This document shows positions 8,461 through 16,298 of a stretch of 20,000 nucleotides of DNA, piece by piece. This DNA is from an uncultured virus (IMG/VR IMGVR_UViG_3300021389_002231). Its lineage: Duplodnaviria > Heunggongvirae > Uroviricota > Caudoviricetes. Made by a program: the position numbers and the translations under genes. The number at the start of each line of letters is the position of its first letter. Position 1 is the stretch's first letter. Location: the IMG/VR virus record IMGVR_UViG_3300021389_002231, one strand, 5' to 3'. The notes beneath the pieces were generated by a model. It was not told the DNA's origin. It worked only from the letters and a program-made list of their open reading frames with translations, and did no database searches.

Positions 8461-9371
8461 TATATATTCCACTCCTTGTTTATTTTACCTTCACTTGGTC
8501 CATTTGCTTGGAATATGTTAGGAAGTTTTGGTGCAACTGTAGAACCTGTATGCAATACCCAATCCATCCATAACGTATGTGCTGACGGTAGTACTGGTAA
8601 CGTCTGAGTATTGGGCATATAACTAAGTAATAAGCTACTAAGAAATTCAACTGGTGTTGATGTTAATATCGAGGTATTATTAAATTCGTTACCATACCAT
8701 GCAAATAAATGATCATTAACATAAGGAGTAGATCGTCCGGTAAGAATACAATCATCGACAGATAAACAAGACGGATGTTTTGCACTCCCTCCAAAATCTA
8801 CTTCTTTATTGATCCAATTATTTAACATATTTTTAAATCTTTCTTTATTAGTATTGACCCAATCTTCTCCTTCAAATCGTTTAATCATTAAATCCCATCT
8901 TAACTTTATTACTGCAACATAATTACTAGATTCAAAATAAGGTTTTGTAAGTAAAAAAGATTCGTGTGCTGACCATACTTGACCAACTGTTCCTTTTATT
9001 CTTTCCTTAGCAAAATCAATATAACTTACATCTGATTTACCACTAAGTATATCCATATACTCAGGTTTTTCAAACCATTCTTCTTTTGTTTGAAAAAATT
9101 GTTCCCAATATGGAGTATATCCATTTCCATTAACTGTATTATTTAAAATACTATCCCAAATTAATTCTTGGTCAGTGCGTCTACATTCTTTAAAACGTTG
9201 TTTTATTTCACCATGTGGGAATTTGTGATCTGCCCACGTATGTCCAAATAAGTCATAATCATAGTCATCAAATAATTTAAGTATTTCATAAAAATGTTCT
9301 GTGTATAGACGATTGTCATTAAAATGTCTTGTTTGTCCACTAAAACAAATTGCTATTTTATCTTTTGCCAT
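8460..9371 (-). CDS. Putative glycosyltransferase-like phage protein
   Basis: IAICFSGQTR...DLFGHTW...VIKLRWD...NDH resembles the IAxCxSGQxR / HTW / RxD pattern of putative glycosyltransferases in phage islands. Confidence 0.5.
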   Translation of the reverse strand: MAKDKIAICFSGQTRHFNDNRLYTEHFYEILKLFDDYDYDLFGHTWADHKFPHGEIKQRFKECRRTDQELIWDSILNNTVNGNGYTPYWEQFFQTKEEWFEKPEYMDILSGKSDVSYIDFAKERIKGTVGQVWSAHESFLLTKPYFESSNYVAVIKLRWDLMIKRFEGEDWVNTNKERFKNMLNNWINKEVDFGGSAKHPSCLSVDDCILTGRSTPYVNDHLFAWYGNEFNNTSILTSTPVEFLSSLLLSYMPNTQTLPVLPSAHTLWMDWVLHTGSTVAPKLPNIFQANGPSEGKINKEWNI

Positions 9372-9718
9372 TAATCATCTGTAGTATCTATGGGATCATC
9401 AAATCCTGGTCTATCCATAAGCCCCATGCCAGATGGATCGCTCATATAATATGGATCGTTAAACATCGGGTCGTCTTCACTTGTTACACTTTTAATTTCT
9501 GTAATGAAATGCATTAATGTACTTTCAATACCTAATTTAAGTGTTTCTGTACTACTAGCACACCCACTGCAACTTCCACTCATTTGCATGTGAAGTATAC
9601 CAGTTTCTTCATCAAAGTTTAATACGTTTACCTGTCCACCATGTTGTGCTACATTAGGTGCAACGTATTCTTCCATAACTTCATCTATTTGTTTAAGTAT
9701 TTCTTCTTTAGTTCTCAT
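9371..9718 (-). CDS. NifU C-terminal / NfuA-type Fe-S carrier
   Basis: VAPNVAQHGGQV...MSGSCSGCASSTETLKLGIE, the CxxC Nfu signature; acidic tail. Confidence 0.9.
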   Translation of the reverse strand: MRTKEEILKQIDEVMEEYVAPNVAQHGGQVNVLNFDEETGILHMQMSGSCSGCASSTETLKLGIESTLMHFITEIKSVTSEDDPMFNDPYYMSDPSGMGLMDRPGFDDPIDTTDD

Positions 9719-9727
9719 TGTTACTCC

Positions 9728-10270
9728 TTAAATTATATGTGCATGTTCTAATGCTTCATATCCGAACCACACTGCAAATACTAAAAATGCATAACGTGTG
9801 ATTGTAAACAACTCTCTTGTGTGTTTATAATTTTGTAGTACTTTATATAATGCGGCTACTATAATTACTGCTAAACCGGCACCTGTCCAACTAACTTGGT
9901 CACTTTTAGAAAACATAAATGTAAATATTTCCATGCTTTCTCTAAAGAAAATAAACCAAATAGTAAATATACCTGCCCAAAATGTAGCTGTATTATCTGC
10001 TATTGCTTGAACATGGCCTTTAATGTGTGCTGGTAAATTATTACTTGTAAAAAATAAGTAAAGCATTAAACCTGAAAGCATAGCATACATTATTGTTTCG
10101 TAATTTTCTAAAAACTCTCCCAATAGCATGCCTCCTGCTAGTCCACTTACTAATCCGACAGCACCTGCGGTAATCATTTTCTTATCTAATGAAACTGTTG
10201 CAGTTATCATAAACAACAAAAACATCATTTCTAAGGCTTCTCGACCTACATATATAAAACTTGCTAACAT
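9728..10270 (-). CDS. FTR1/EfeU-like iron permease, compact form
   Basis: Polytopic membrane protein with two REXXE motifs (REALE, RESME); 180 aa; GGAG follows as the RBS of the next gene. Confidence 0.75.
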   Translation of the reverse strand: MLASFIYVGREALEMMFLLFMITATVSLDKKMITAGAVGLVSGLAGGMLLGEFLENYETIMYAMLSGLMLYLFFTSNNLPAHIKGHVQAIADNTATFWAGIFTIWFIFFRESMEIFTFMFSKSDQVSWTGAGLAVIIVAALYKVLQNYKHTRELFTITRYAFLVFAVWFGYEALEHAHII

Positions 10271-10380
10271 TATATTTCCTTTTTAATTATTTGTAATTTT
10301 TTTGCAGTTACAAACCCTGCTATAAAGGCTATACTCATTGCACTTATTAGTGCAATTGAATGCCATAAAATAAAACTCAT
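10270..10380 (-). CDS. Small single-TM protein (36 aa)
   Basis: Likely start is the ATG at 10380 after a GGAG RBS and just past the ferredoxin stop, giving MSFILWHSIALISAMSIAFIAGFVTAKKLQIIKKEI. Confidence 0.6.
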   Translation of the reverse strand: MSFILWHSIALISAMSIAFIAGFVTAKKLQIIKKEI

Positions 10381-10381
10381 A

Positions 10382-10732
10382 TTAATCTCCTTTACCTGGC
10401 TTATAAGATAAATGTTCTCGTTTATCTTTAACTTTTGCCCATTCTTCCGCATCAGGCGGAACATCTTCGGGCCTTGCTAGTGTAATATTTGGCCATTCCT
10501 CAGATCTGTCTGCATTGAACTTGTACCAGAAATCATATTCTTCTCCCTCTAATGCATTATCAGGAACAATAGCATCTACAGGACATTCTGGTTCACATAC
10601 ACCACAGTCAATACATTCATCTGGGTTAATTACTAAAAAGTTTTCACCTTCATAAAAGCAATCTACTGGACACACTTCTACGCAATCCATATGTTTACAT
10701 TTGATACATTCATCCTTAACTAAATATGTCAC
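10382..10732 (-). CDS. fdxA: 7Fe ([3Fe-4S][4Fe-4S]) ferredoxin, FdxA type
   Basis: [14 protein letters not shown] and [12 protein letters not shown] motifs with the WPNIT C-terminal extension; GTG start. Confidence 0.92.
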   Translation of the reverse strand: MTYLVKDECIKCKHMDCVEVCPVDCFYEGENFLVINPDECIDCGVCEPECPVDAIVPDNALEGEEYDFWYKFNADRSEEWPNITLARPEDVPPDAEEWAKVKDKREHLSYKPGKGD

Positions 10733-10733
10733 C

Positions 10734-11033
10734 TTATACTCCTAAAATTAATTTTGCTTCTTCACTCATCTTATCTGGACCAAAAGGCGGATCAAATGTG
10801 ATTTGAACATCACAAGTTTTTATGCCATTTACCATACATGCATCGTGAACGTCTTGTTTGATTTGGTCTGCCATTGGGCAAAACGCACTTGTTAACGTCA
10901 TTACAATAACAACGTGTGAACTTACTATATTTATTTCATAAATTAAACCTAAGTCATATACGTTAATACTGATTTCTGGGTCATATACCTTACGTAAATT
11001 ATCAATAATTGCTTGTCTAATTTCTTTAGTCAT
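10734..11033 (-). CDS. SufT / DUF59 Fe-S assembly protein
   Basis: [20 protein letters not shown]...MTLTSAFCP...FDPP...MSEEAK. Confidence 0.9.
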   Translation of the reverse strand: MTKEIRQAIIDNLRKVYDPEISINVYDLGLIYEINIVSSHVVIVMTLTSAFCPMADQIKQDVHDACMVNGIKTCDVQITFDPPFGPDKMSEEAKLILGV

Positions 11034-11034
11034 A

Positions 11035-12393
11035 TTAGTAAGACATTTTTTCCTCTACTGCAAACCATACAAAACTGTCTGTATTGTTCACAATATTAAA
11101 CAGTGTTCTTACTCCAAATCCTGCGGCACCTTTTGGTGTTGTTGCTGAACCTTTTTTAGCCCAACACATACCAGCAATATCTAAATGTGCCCATGCAGTT
11201 TTTTTGTCTACAAACTTGTATAAGAACTCAGCGGCAGTAGTTGACCCACCATATGGGCCTCCAATGTTTTGCATATCTGCAATATCACTGTCAATCATCT
11301 TAGCCCAGTTTTTACCCATTGGCATACGATAAAAACCTTCACCTGCTAATTCACCGTTTTCAATAATTGCTTTTTCTAATGTATCACTGTTAGTAAATAG
11401 TCCTGCCATTTCGTTGCCTAGTGTTGCAACAATGGCTCCTGTTAGTGTAGCAAGGTCAATAATGGCACCTGGTTTATATTCGTCTTGTACAAATGTTAAG
11501 ATATCTGCAAGTACTAATCTACCTTCTGCATCAGTGTTTAAATTTTCTACAGTTTGTCCACTTAATGATGTAACAACATCACCTGGCTTAATTGCAGTTC
11601 CATCCGGCATATTCTCTACTAAACCTACAATACCTATTACGTTCTTTTTTAATTTTTTACTAGCAATAGCATGCATGGCTCCAACAACTGCGGCACTACC
11701 GCCCATGTCATATTTCATATCGCCCATGTTACGTCCTGGTTTAAGACTGATACCACCTGTGTCGAATGTAACACCTTTGCCTACTAGTGCAATTGGTTGT
11801 ATGTCAAGGCCATTTGTCCATTCCATTACAACAACATAACTATCTTTTTCACTACCTTGTCCTACACTTAACAATAAGTTAAGACCCATTTCTTTTAGTT
11901 GTGCTTCGTGATAAATTTTTACGTTAACACCCAATGGTGATAGTTGTTCGTTAATACGATTGGCATATTCTGATGGATATAAAACGTTTCCTGGCTCACT
12001 GATCAAATCACGTGCAAAATTTACACTGGTTGATATACCTGCCGGGTCTGCATCAAATTCTACTTGTGTTGGATCTGTTTTATATTTGTCAAAACTGTAA
12101 CTTGCAAGTGCCATTCCTTCATTAATACTGTCCATGTATTTTGTACTAATATCAAATATAATTTCGTTTGCTAGTTTCTTATATTTACTGTACATGTTGC
12201 CACCAAGTTCACGTGCTTCTTTTTCACTCTTTGGTGCTGATTTAATTACGGTAATATATTCATAATCTTTGTGTGCAAATCTCAAATCAACAGATTTGTC
12301 TTTCATCTCTTCGACTGCTTTTTTAATATTGCCGCCTATTTTAGTTGCTTGCTTACTGCCTGCAATCACTATAATCGCTTTAGTTAGAGCCAT
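11035..12393 (-). CDS. pepA: M17 leucyl aminopeptidase
   Basis: LVGKGVTFDTGGISLK, MKYDMGG, NTDAEGRL, DLATLTGA, HLDIAG; AAGGAG RBS. Confidence 0.93.
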   Translation of the reverse strand: MALTKAIIVIAGSKQATKIGGNIKKAVEEMKDKSVDLRFAHKDYEYITVIKSAPKSEKEARELGGNMYSKYKKLANEIIFDISTKYMDSINEGMALASYSFDKYKTDPTQVEFDADPAGISTSVNFARDLISEPGNVLYPSEYANRINEQLSPLGVNVKIYHEAQLKEMGLNLLLSVGQGSEKDSYVVVMEWTNGLDIQPIALVGKGVTFDTGGISLKPGRNMGDMKYDMGGSAAVVGAMHAIASKKLKKNVIGIVGLVENMPDGTAIKPGDVVTSLSGQTVENLNTDAEGRLVLADILTFVQDEYKPGAIIDLATLTGAIVATLGNEMAGLFTNSDTLEKAIIENGELAGEGFYRMPMGKNWAKMIDSDIADMQNIGGPYGGSTTAAEFLYKFVDKKTAWAHLDIAGMCWAKKGSATTPKGAAGFGVRTLFNIVNNTDSFVWFAVEEKMSY

Positions 12394-12427
12394 TTTATCT
12401 CCTTAGTGTTATTGATCTATTGTTACT

Positions 12428-12456
12428 ATTTTACAACTAATTGCTACATTTGTCAA
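12428..12456 (-). promoter_or_regulatory. sigma70-type promoter heading the pepA/Fe-S operon
   Basis: TTGACA (12456-12451), 17-nt spacer, TAAAAT (12433-12428). Confidence 0.75.
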
Positions 12457-12516
12457 TGGTAATTTACATCAAATCATAGAAAGAAATGAGTATGTTAAGT
12501 TGTATATTATGGAAAG

Positions 12517-12545
12517 TTTACTTAGCCCATTACAGGCTAAGTAAA
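12517..12545 (-). terminator. Hairpin, probable intrinsic terminator
   Basis: Perfect 11-bp stem TTTACTTAGCC/GGCTAAGTAAA with a 7-nt loop, 14 nt after the stop at 12560; weak U-tract. Confidence 0.6.
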
Positions 12546-12559
12546 TTAAGATTTTTAAA

Positions 12560-12826
12560 TTAACCTCTTGAGTTAATTACCCAAGTTGTACCTGCACCTG
12601 AACCAGGTCCTTCAGCTTCGATTGCCTCCGCCTCGTGAGCTACGCATTCTGCTTCGTCTTCGTATGTAAGATTAACAATAACGCCTGTTTTTGCTTCAGT
12701 TAAAACCATAGTGGATGGGAAGTCGTGCCCAGTTCCACATGGACCGTGTGCAGCGATCCAGGCGTCAGTATCTGCATACACTGTGCCTGCGTCTGATGTG
12801 ATTGTAAAGTTTTTTACAAATGCCAT
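12560..12826 (-). CDS. Small acidic Ala/Gly/Thr-rich hypothetical protein
   Basis: 88 aa; AAGGAG RBS; has its own upstream CATAAATA motif and downstream hairpin. Confidence 0.75.
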   Translation of the reverse strand: MAFVKNFTITSDAGTVYADTDAWIAAHGPCGTGHDFPSTMVLTEAKTGVIVNLTYEDEAECVAHEAEAIEAEGPGSGAGTTWVINSRG

Positions 12827-12869
12827 AATATTTCTCCTTAAGGTTGTATAATATGTTACTATACTACAT

Positions 12870-12877
12870 TATTTATG
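12870..12877 (-). promoter_or_regulatory. T4-late-like promoter motif CATAAATA
   Basis: Intergenic, about 43 nt upstream of the ATG at 12826. Confidence 0.5.
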
Positions 12878-12923
12878 ACTTTGATTACAATACATTATAT
12901 AGGTGTTTTATTAAAAACATAGA

Positions 12924-12951
12924 TTGACAAATGGATAAATACGTATATAAT
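12924..12951 (+). promoter_or_regulatory. sigma70-type promoter with an embedded GATAAATA motif
   Basis: TTGACA (12924-12929), 16-nt spacer, TATAAT (12946-12951); GATAAATA at 12934-12941; GGAG RBS before the ATG at 12976. Confidence 0.7.
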
Positions 12952-12975
12952 TAATGAACAATCGGAGAAATATTA

Positions 12976-13272
12976 ATGGGAAAATGGTTTAATTGGCAGC
13001 ATCTTAAGTCTGCAGAATATTATAGTGGTGATGTATCAACGCATAAAAATGTAATAAAAGTATACTTCAAACATATGTATGTTGGATTTAGAGAAGCAGG
13101 AAAACAATTGTTTATGGCAATTGCTAGTGTAATACACGCAATATTTCCACCGTTATTTGACTTTAAATTATTAGAAGTAGTAATTAATCAAACTATTGGT
13201 TTACACAAATTCCTACCAAATCATCCAATGTGGAAAAAATTAAAAGATGAACTTAACAAAGATAATAAATGA
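12976..13272 (+). CDS. DUF6356-like small protein
   Basis: H-L...YFKHM...ASVIHAIFPPLF resembles the DUF6356 YxxH..HAxxPxLF pattern. Confidence 0.55.
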   Translation: MGKWFNWQHLKSAEYYSGDVSTHKNVIKVYFKHMYVGFREAGKQLFMAIASVIHAIFPPLFDFKLLEVVINQTIGLHKFLPNHPMWKKLKDELNKDNK

Positions 13273-13930
13273 TGGTTGCACTATTAACACTAGTGGAACT
13301 ACAGGTACACCTAAGGCTGTATATCAAAGTCCAGATAAGATAAGATATGCTAATCAAGCCGCAGTTAGATGTCAAAATATTGACTCTAATAGTCGAATAT
13401 ACACAGTATGTACATTAGACCATGCTGGTGGGCTATTTGCTCAGACATTACCAGCAGTAAGTGTAGATGCACATGTTGATATTGAGCAGTTTAATCCTTA
13501 TGTATGGGTTAGAAAAGTACAAGAAGAAGTTACTCACACTCACTTAACACCAAATATGGCTAGAGCTATAATGGCTACTAAGACATTCCAAAATGGATTT
13601 GATCTTACAGGATTAACGGTCATGTGTGGAAGTGATAGAGTACATAGCAGTATCATTGAAGCCTTTATAGAAAAAGGTGCTACATTTATTGCTAATTGGG
13701 GCATGAGTGAATGTGGTCCGGTAGCAATTAATAAAACATTTAATAAAGGTGATTTAGTAGACAAATACCATGAAAGTATTATGGGAGATACTGTATACTG
13801 TGATACAAAAATCATTAACAATGAGTTACATGTTAAAGGTAATATATGTGTTAATGACGATTGGTTTGCCACAGGTGATTTAGTAGAGTATAAAGATGGA
13901 ATCTATTGGTTCCTAGGAAGAAAATTATGA
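13247..13930 (+). CDS. Minimal AMP-binding (ANL superfamily) adenylation enzyme
   Basis: TSGTTGTPK P-loop, WGMSE, WFATGDL, terminal FLGR; only 227 aa. Confidence 0.85.
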   Translation: MNLTKIINDGCTINTSGTTGTPKAVYQSPDKIRYANQAAVRCQNIDSNSRIYTVCTLDHAGGLFAQTLPAVSVDAHVDIEQFNPYVWVRKVQEEVTHTHLTPNMARAIMATKTFQNGFDLTGLTVMCGSDRVHSSIIEAFIEKGATFIANWGMSECGPVAINKTFNKGDLVDKYHESIMGDTVYCDTKIINNELHVKGNICVNDDWFATGDLVEYKDGIYWFLGRKL

Positions 13931-14694
13931 GAAAATTAGAAGATAAACATATATTCATCAGTTTTGAACCAGGTGCTAGAGGTCATAAACTTGCTAGAGT
14001 AATAGCAACATTACCTTGTATGCATTGGTATAGTTGTGAAGAGAATGGAATTAATCCATGGAATGTTAATGCTCCACATAAAAATGCTAAACAACGACAA
14101 TTAAGCAGATTTCATTTTGATAGAATAACTCCAAAAGGTAAACTTCCTCCTCCACATGATTATGTAGAAAAATATATGCCAAACGAAAAACAATATTATA
14201 AATTGTTTGATCAACTATTTGAAGAAAATGGCGGTAGTGATATTATTAATAATGGAGAAAGAGTAATATTTTGTACACATAGTATGCCTAGTAAAATATT
14301 GGAATACTTTCCTAATTCTTTAATATTTAATATTATGCATGAGCCAGAAGAAACAACACAACGATACCTTGACCTAGTTACTAGGTTTCCGGCATATGTA
14401 AAACATTATGGCGTAGTTCCTGAAGATAATGAATACTTAGCATTTTTAAAAATATTAAATGACAGGAAACCAGGATTAACTGTAGCTGATGTATGGGCGT
14501 TTGAGAGAAAGAAAAAGTTTTACGACCCAAAAACAATGGAAGATAGATATAGAAAAGAAATATATGCTAAAATGCTTTCAAGTAGTATATTTCGTAAAGC
14601 AGTTGACCACGAACGTGTGATGAACATTCCATTAGGTAAATTTAATTATAAAGAAATGAAGAATTGGTTAGATATTAGACTAGACGTCAAATAA
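13927..14694 (+). CDS. Sulfotransferase/P-loop-like hypothetical protein
   Basis: Start at ATG 13927 (ATGA overlap). N-terminal strand plus Gly loop IFISFEPGARGHKLARVI, later IFCTH...FPNS.IFNI, which is the layout of sulfotransferase-fold proteins. Confidence 0.45.
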   Translation: MRKLEDKHIFISFEPGARGHKLARVIATLPCMHWYSCEENGINPWNVNAPHKNAKQRQLSRFHFDRITPKGKLPPPHDYVEKYMPNEKQYYKLFDQLFEENGGSDIINNGERVIFCTHSMPSKILEYFPNSLIFNIMHEPEETTQRYLDLVTRFPAYVKHYGVVPEDNEYLAFLKILNDRKPGLTVADVWAFERKKKFYDPKTMEDRYRKEIYAKMLSSSIFRKAVDHERVMNIPLGKFNYKEMKNWLDIRLDVK

Positions 14695-15774
14695 CTATTT
14701 TATCATATTATCTCTGAGCAACCCCCAACTATGCTTACTCATCAATCCTTGGTTACCGTTTTGAGAATAAAACTCAACATCTCTTAGTGCTTGTTCGTGA
14801 TGCTCATCTCTGTAATACTTCCAATATTCACCTTCTGCTGAATTAAGTCCATATAAAGCTCTAACCCAAGTATAAATCCCTTCAAACGTTTTATTCATTA
14901 AACGATTAAACACTTTTGGTTTTTCACGTAACTTAATAAGTTGTTTTACACTTGCTTGTGCTACAAAGTTGGCTGTAGCATTTAATGGCTCAATAAATCC
15001 AGCACTGATACCAACTGCAACAACATTATCAATCCACTGTTCTACTGGCCTACGTGATTTAAATTTAATTACATTCTCTGCTTCAATGCCTGTTTTTGCA
15101 GTAAATTCTTTTTTAGCATCTTCTATACTTTGATACTCACTAGCAAAAACATAACCATAACTCATTCTACTTTGTAAACTAATGCTCCACATCCAGCCTG
15201 CTGACATTGTTTGTGATTCTGTATAAGGTTTGTATATTGGCGGACCGTTGGCTATGATTGCATGATCATTAATTAACAATTTACTATCAATATGTTTAAT
15301 ACCAACATGTGTACTTAATATTCCATTCTCGCCTGTTGCATCAATAAAAAATTCTTCTTTGTTATAATCGTCTAGTGTAAAATTTCTAGGAACAATTTTA
15401 AAATTAGGTTTTGATTCGCACCATTCTTGTAAAATACTACAGAATCCTGGAGCATCAATATGGTAACTAAATGTCTGCCTTTGCTTTGTTATTAAGTTAT
15501 CTTCTTCATTGCCTGGATAATAAAACCATGTAGTTTGATTCCATCCTGTAAAAATATTTCCATATTTAAGATAACCATTAGCACGTTCAACTAACTCCTG
15601 GTCGCTTATTCCTATTATTTCACTTATTTCATTAATAACAGGAATAGTACTTTCGCCTATTCTTCTTACAATAATATTTGGATCACTATACATTGTTACA
15701 TTTTCACCAGCATTAACTAGATATATTGCTGATATCCAACCAGCAACTCCATTGCCAACAATATTAATTGGCAT
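14695..15774 (-). CDS. Tryptophan-halogenase-like flavoprotein; start at 15774 or 15792
   Basis: IVGNGVAGW (GxGxxG), IGESTIP, LKYG, YHIDA, FFIDATG, GWMWSI (WxWxI), AGFIEPL. Confidence 0.85.
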   Translation of the reverse strand: MPINIVGNGVAGWISAIYLVNAGENVTMYSDPNIIVRRIGESTIPVINEISEIIGISDQELVERANGYLKYGNIFTGWNQTTWFYYPGNEEDNLITKQRQTFSYHIDAPGFCSILQEWCESKPNFKIVPRNFTLDDYNKEEFFIDATGENGILSTHVGIKHIDSKLLINDHAIIANGPPIYKPYTESQTMSAGWMWSISLQSRMSYGYVFASEYQSIEDAKKEFTAKTGIEAENVIKFKSRRPVEQWIDNVVAVGISAGFIEPLNATANFVAQASVKQLIKLREKPKVFNRLMNKTFEGIYTWVRALYGLNSAEGEYWKYYRDEHHEQALRDVEFYSQNGNQGLMSKHSWGLLRDNMIK

Positions 15775-15775
15775 G

Positions 15776-16294
15776 TTAGTTTCGAACTTCATAATATCTT
15801 TCCTTATTTACTTTCCATATGACTTGAGGTACATAAAATACTTCTTCTTCATTAACATATGAAAAAACTCCTTGCTTTTCTAAAACAATTGCACTTCGAT
15901 GAATACGACTCATTTTTCCACTTCTGTCTTTATCATCATATGGACTAGTAGTAATATAAATGTTAGGACTTTTTGCCCATTCAATTTGCAATAGTAAATG
16001 ATCATTAAATGCCCAATTTTGTTTTTGGTATTTACTTAATCCATCACCAGGTTTTAACTCAATTTGAGCTCCTCTGAACAACGCACGATATCCATCTTTA
16101 AACGGATGAATACCACTAAGTGCTACCAATCTATTGTTGTTATATGAGCCCCACCAACTACCACCAGTCTCCATACACCATTCAAATTTTAGTGCTTTTA
16201 GACTGTTGTTGTTAGTGTAATTTCTGTTGTCACATTCTTGCATGAATGTTTCAAGCTCAGGTGAATTAGTTAGAATCTGCCTACTGTTTACCAT
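15776..16294 (-). CDS. Putative GNAT-fold protein
   Basis: WGSYNNNRLVALSGIHP..YRALFRG strand pattern and size (172 aa) suggest an acyltransferase fold; tentative. Confidence 0.4.
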   Translation of the reverse strand: MVNSRQILTNSPELETFMQECDNRNYTNNNSLKALKFEWCMETGGSWWGSYNNNRLVALSGIHPFKDGYRALFRGAQIELKPGDGLSKYQKQNWAFNDHLLLQIEWAKSPNIYITTSPYDDKDRSGKMSRIHRSAIVLEKQGVFSYVNEEEVFYVPQVIWKVNKERYYEVRN

Positions 16295-16298
16295 ACTA

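Noticed and set aside
10381..10464. N-terminal extension of ORF 10270..10464
   Set aside because: It overlaps the ferredoxin gene; ATG 10380 has a GGAG RBS and fits the gene packing.
2089..11839. Plus-strand ORFs inside the clamp loader, prs, clpP, groES, iscA-like, apt and pepA genes
   Set aside because: Antisense shadows of clearly conserved genes.
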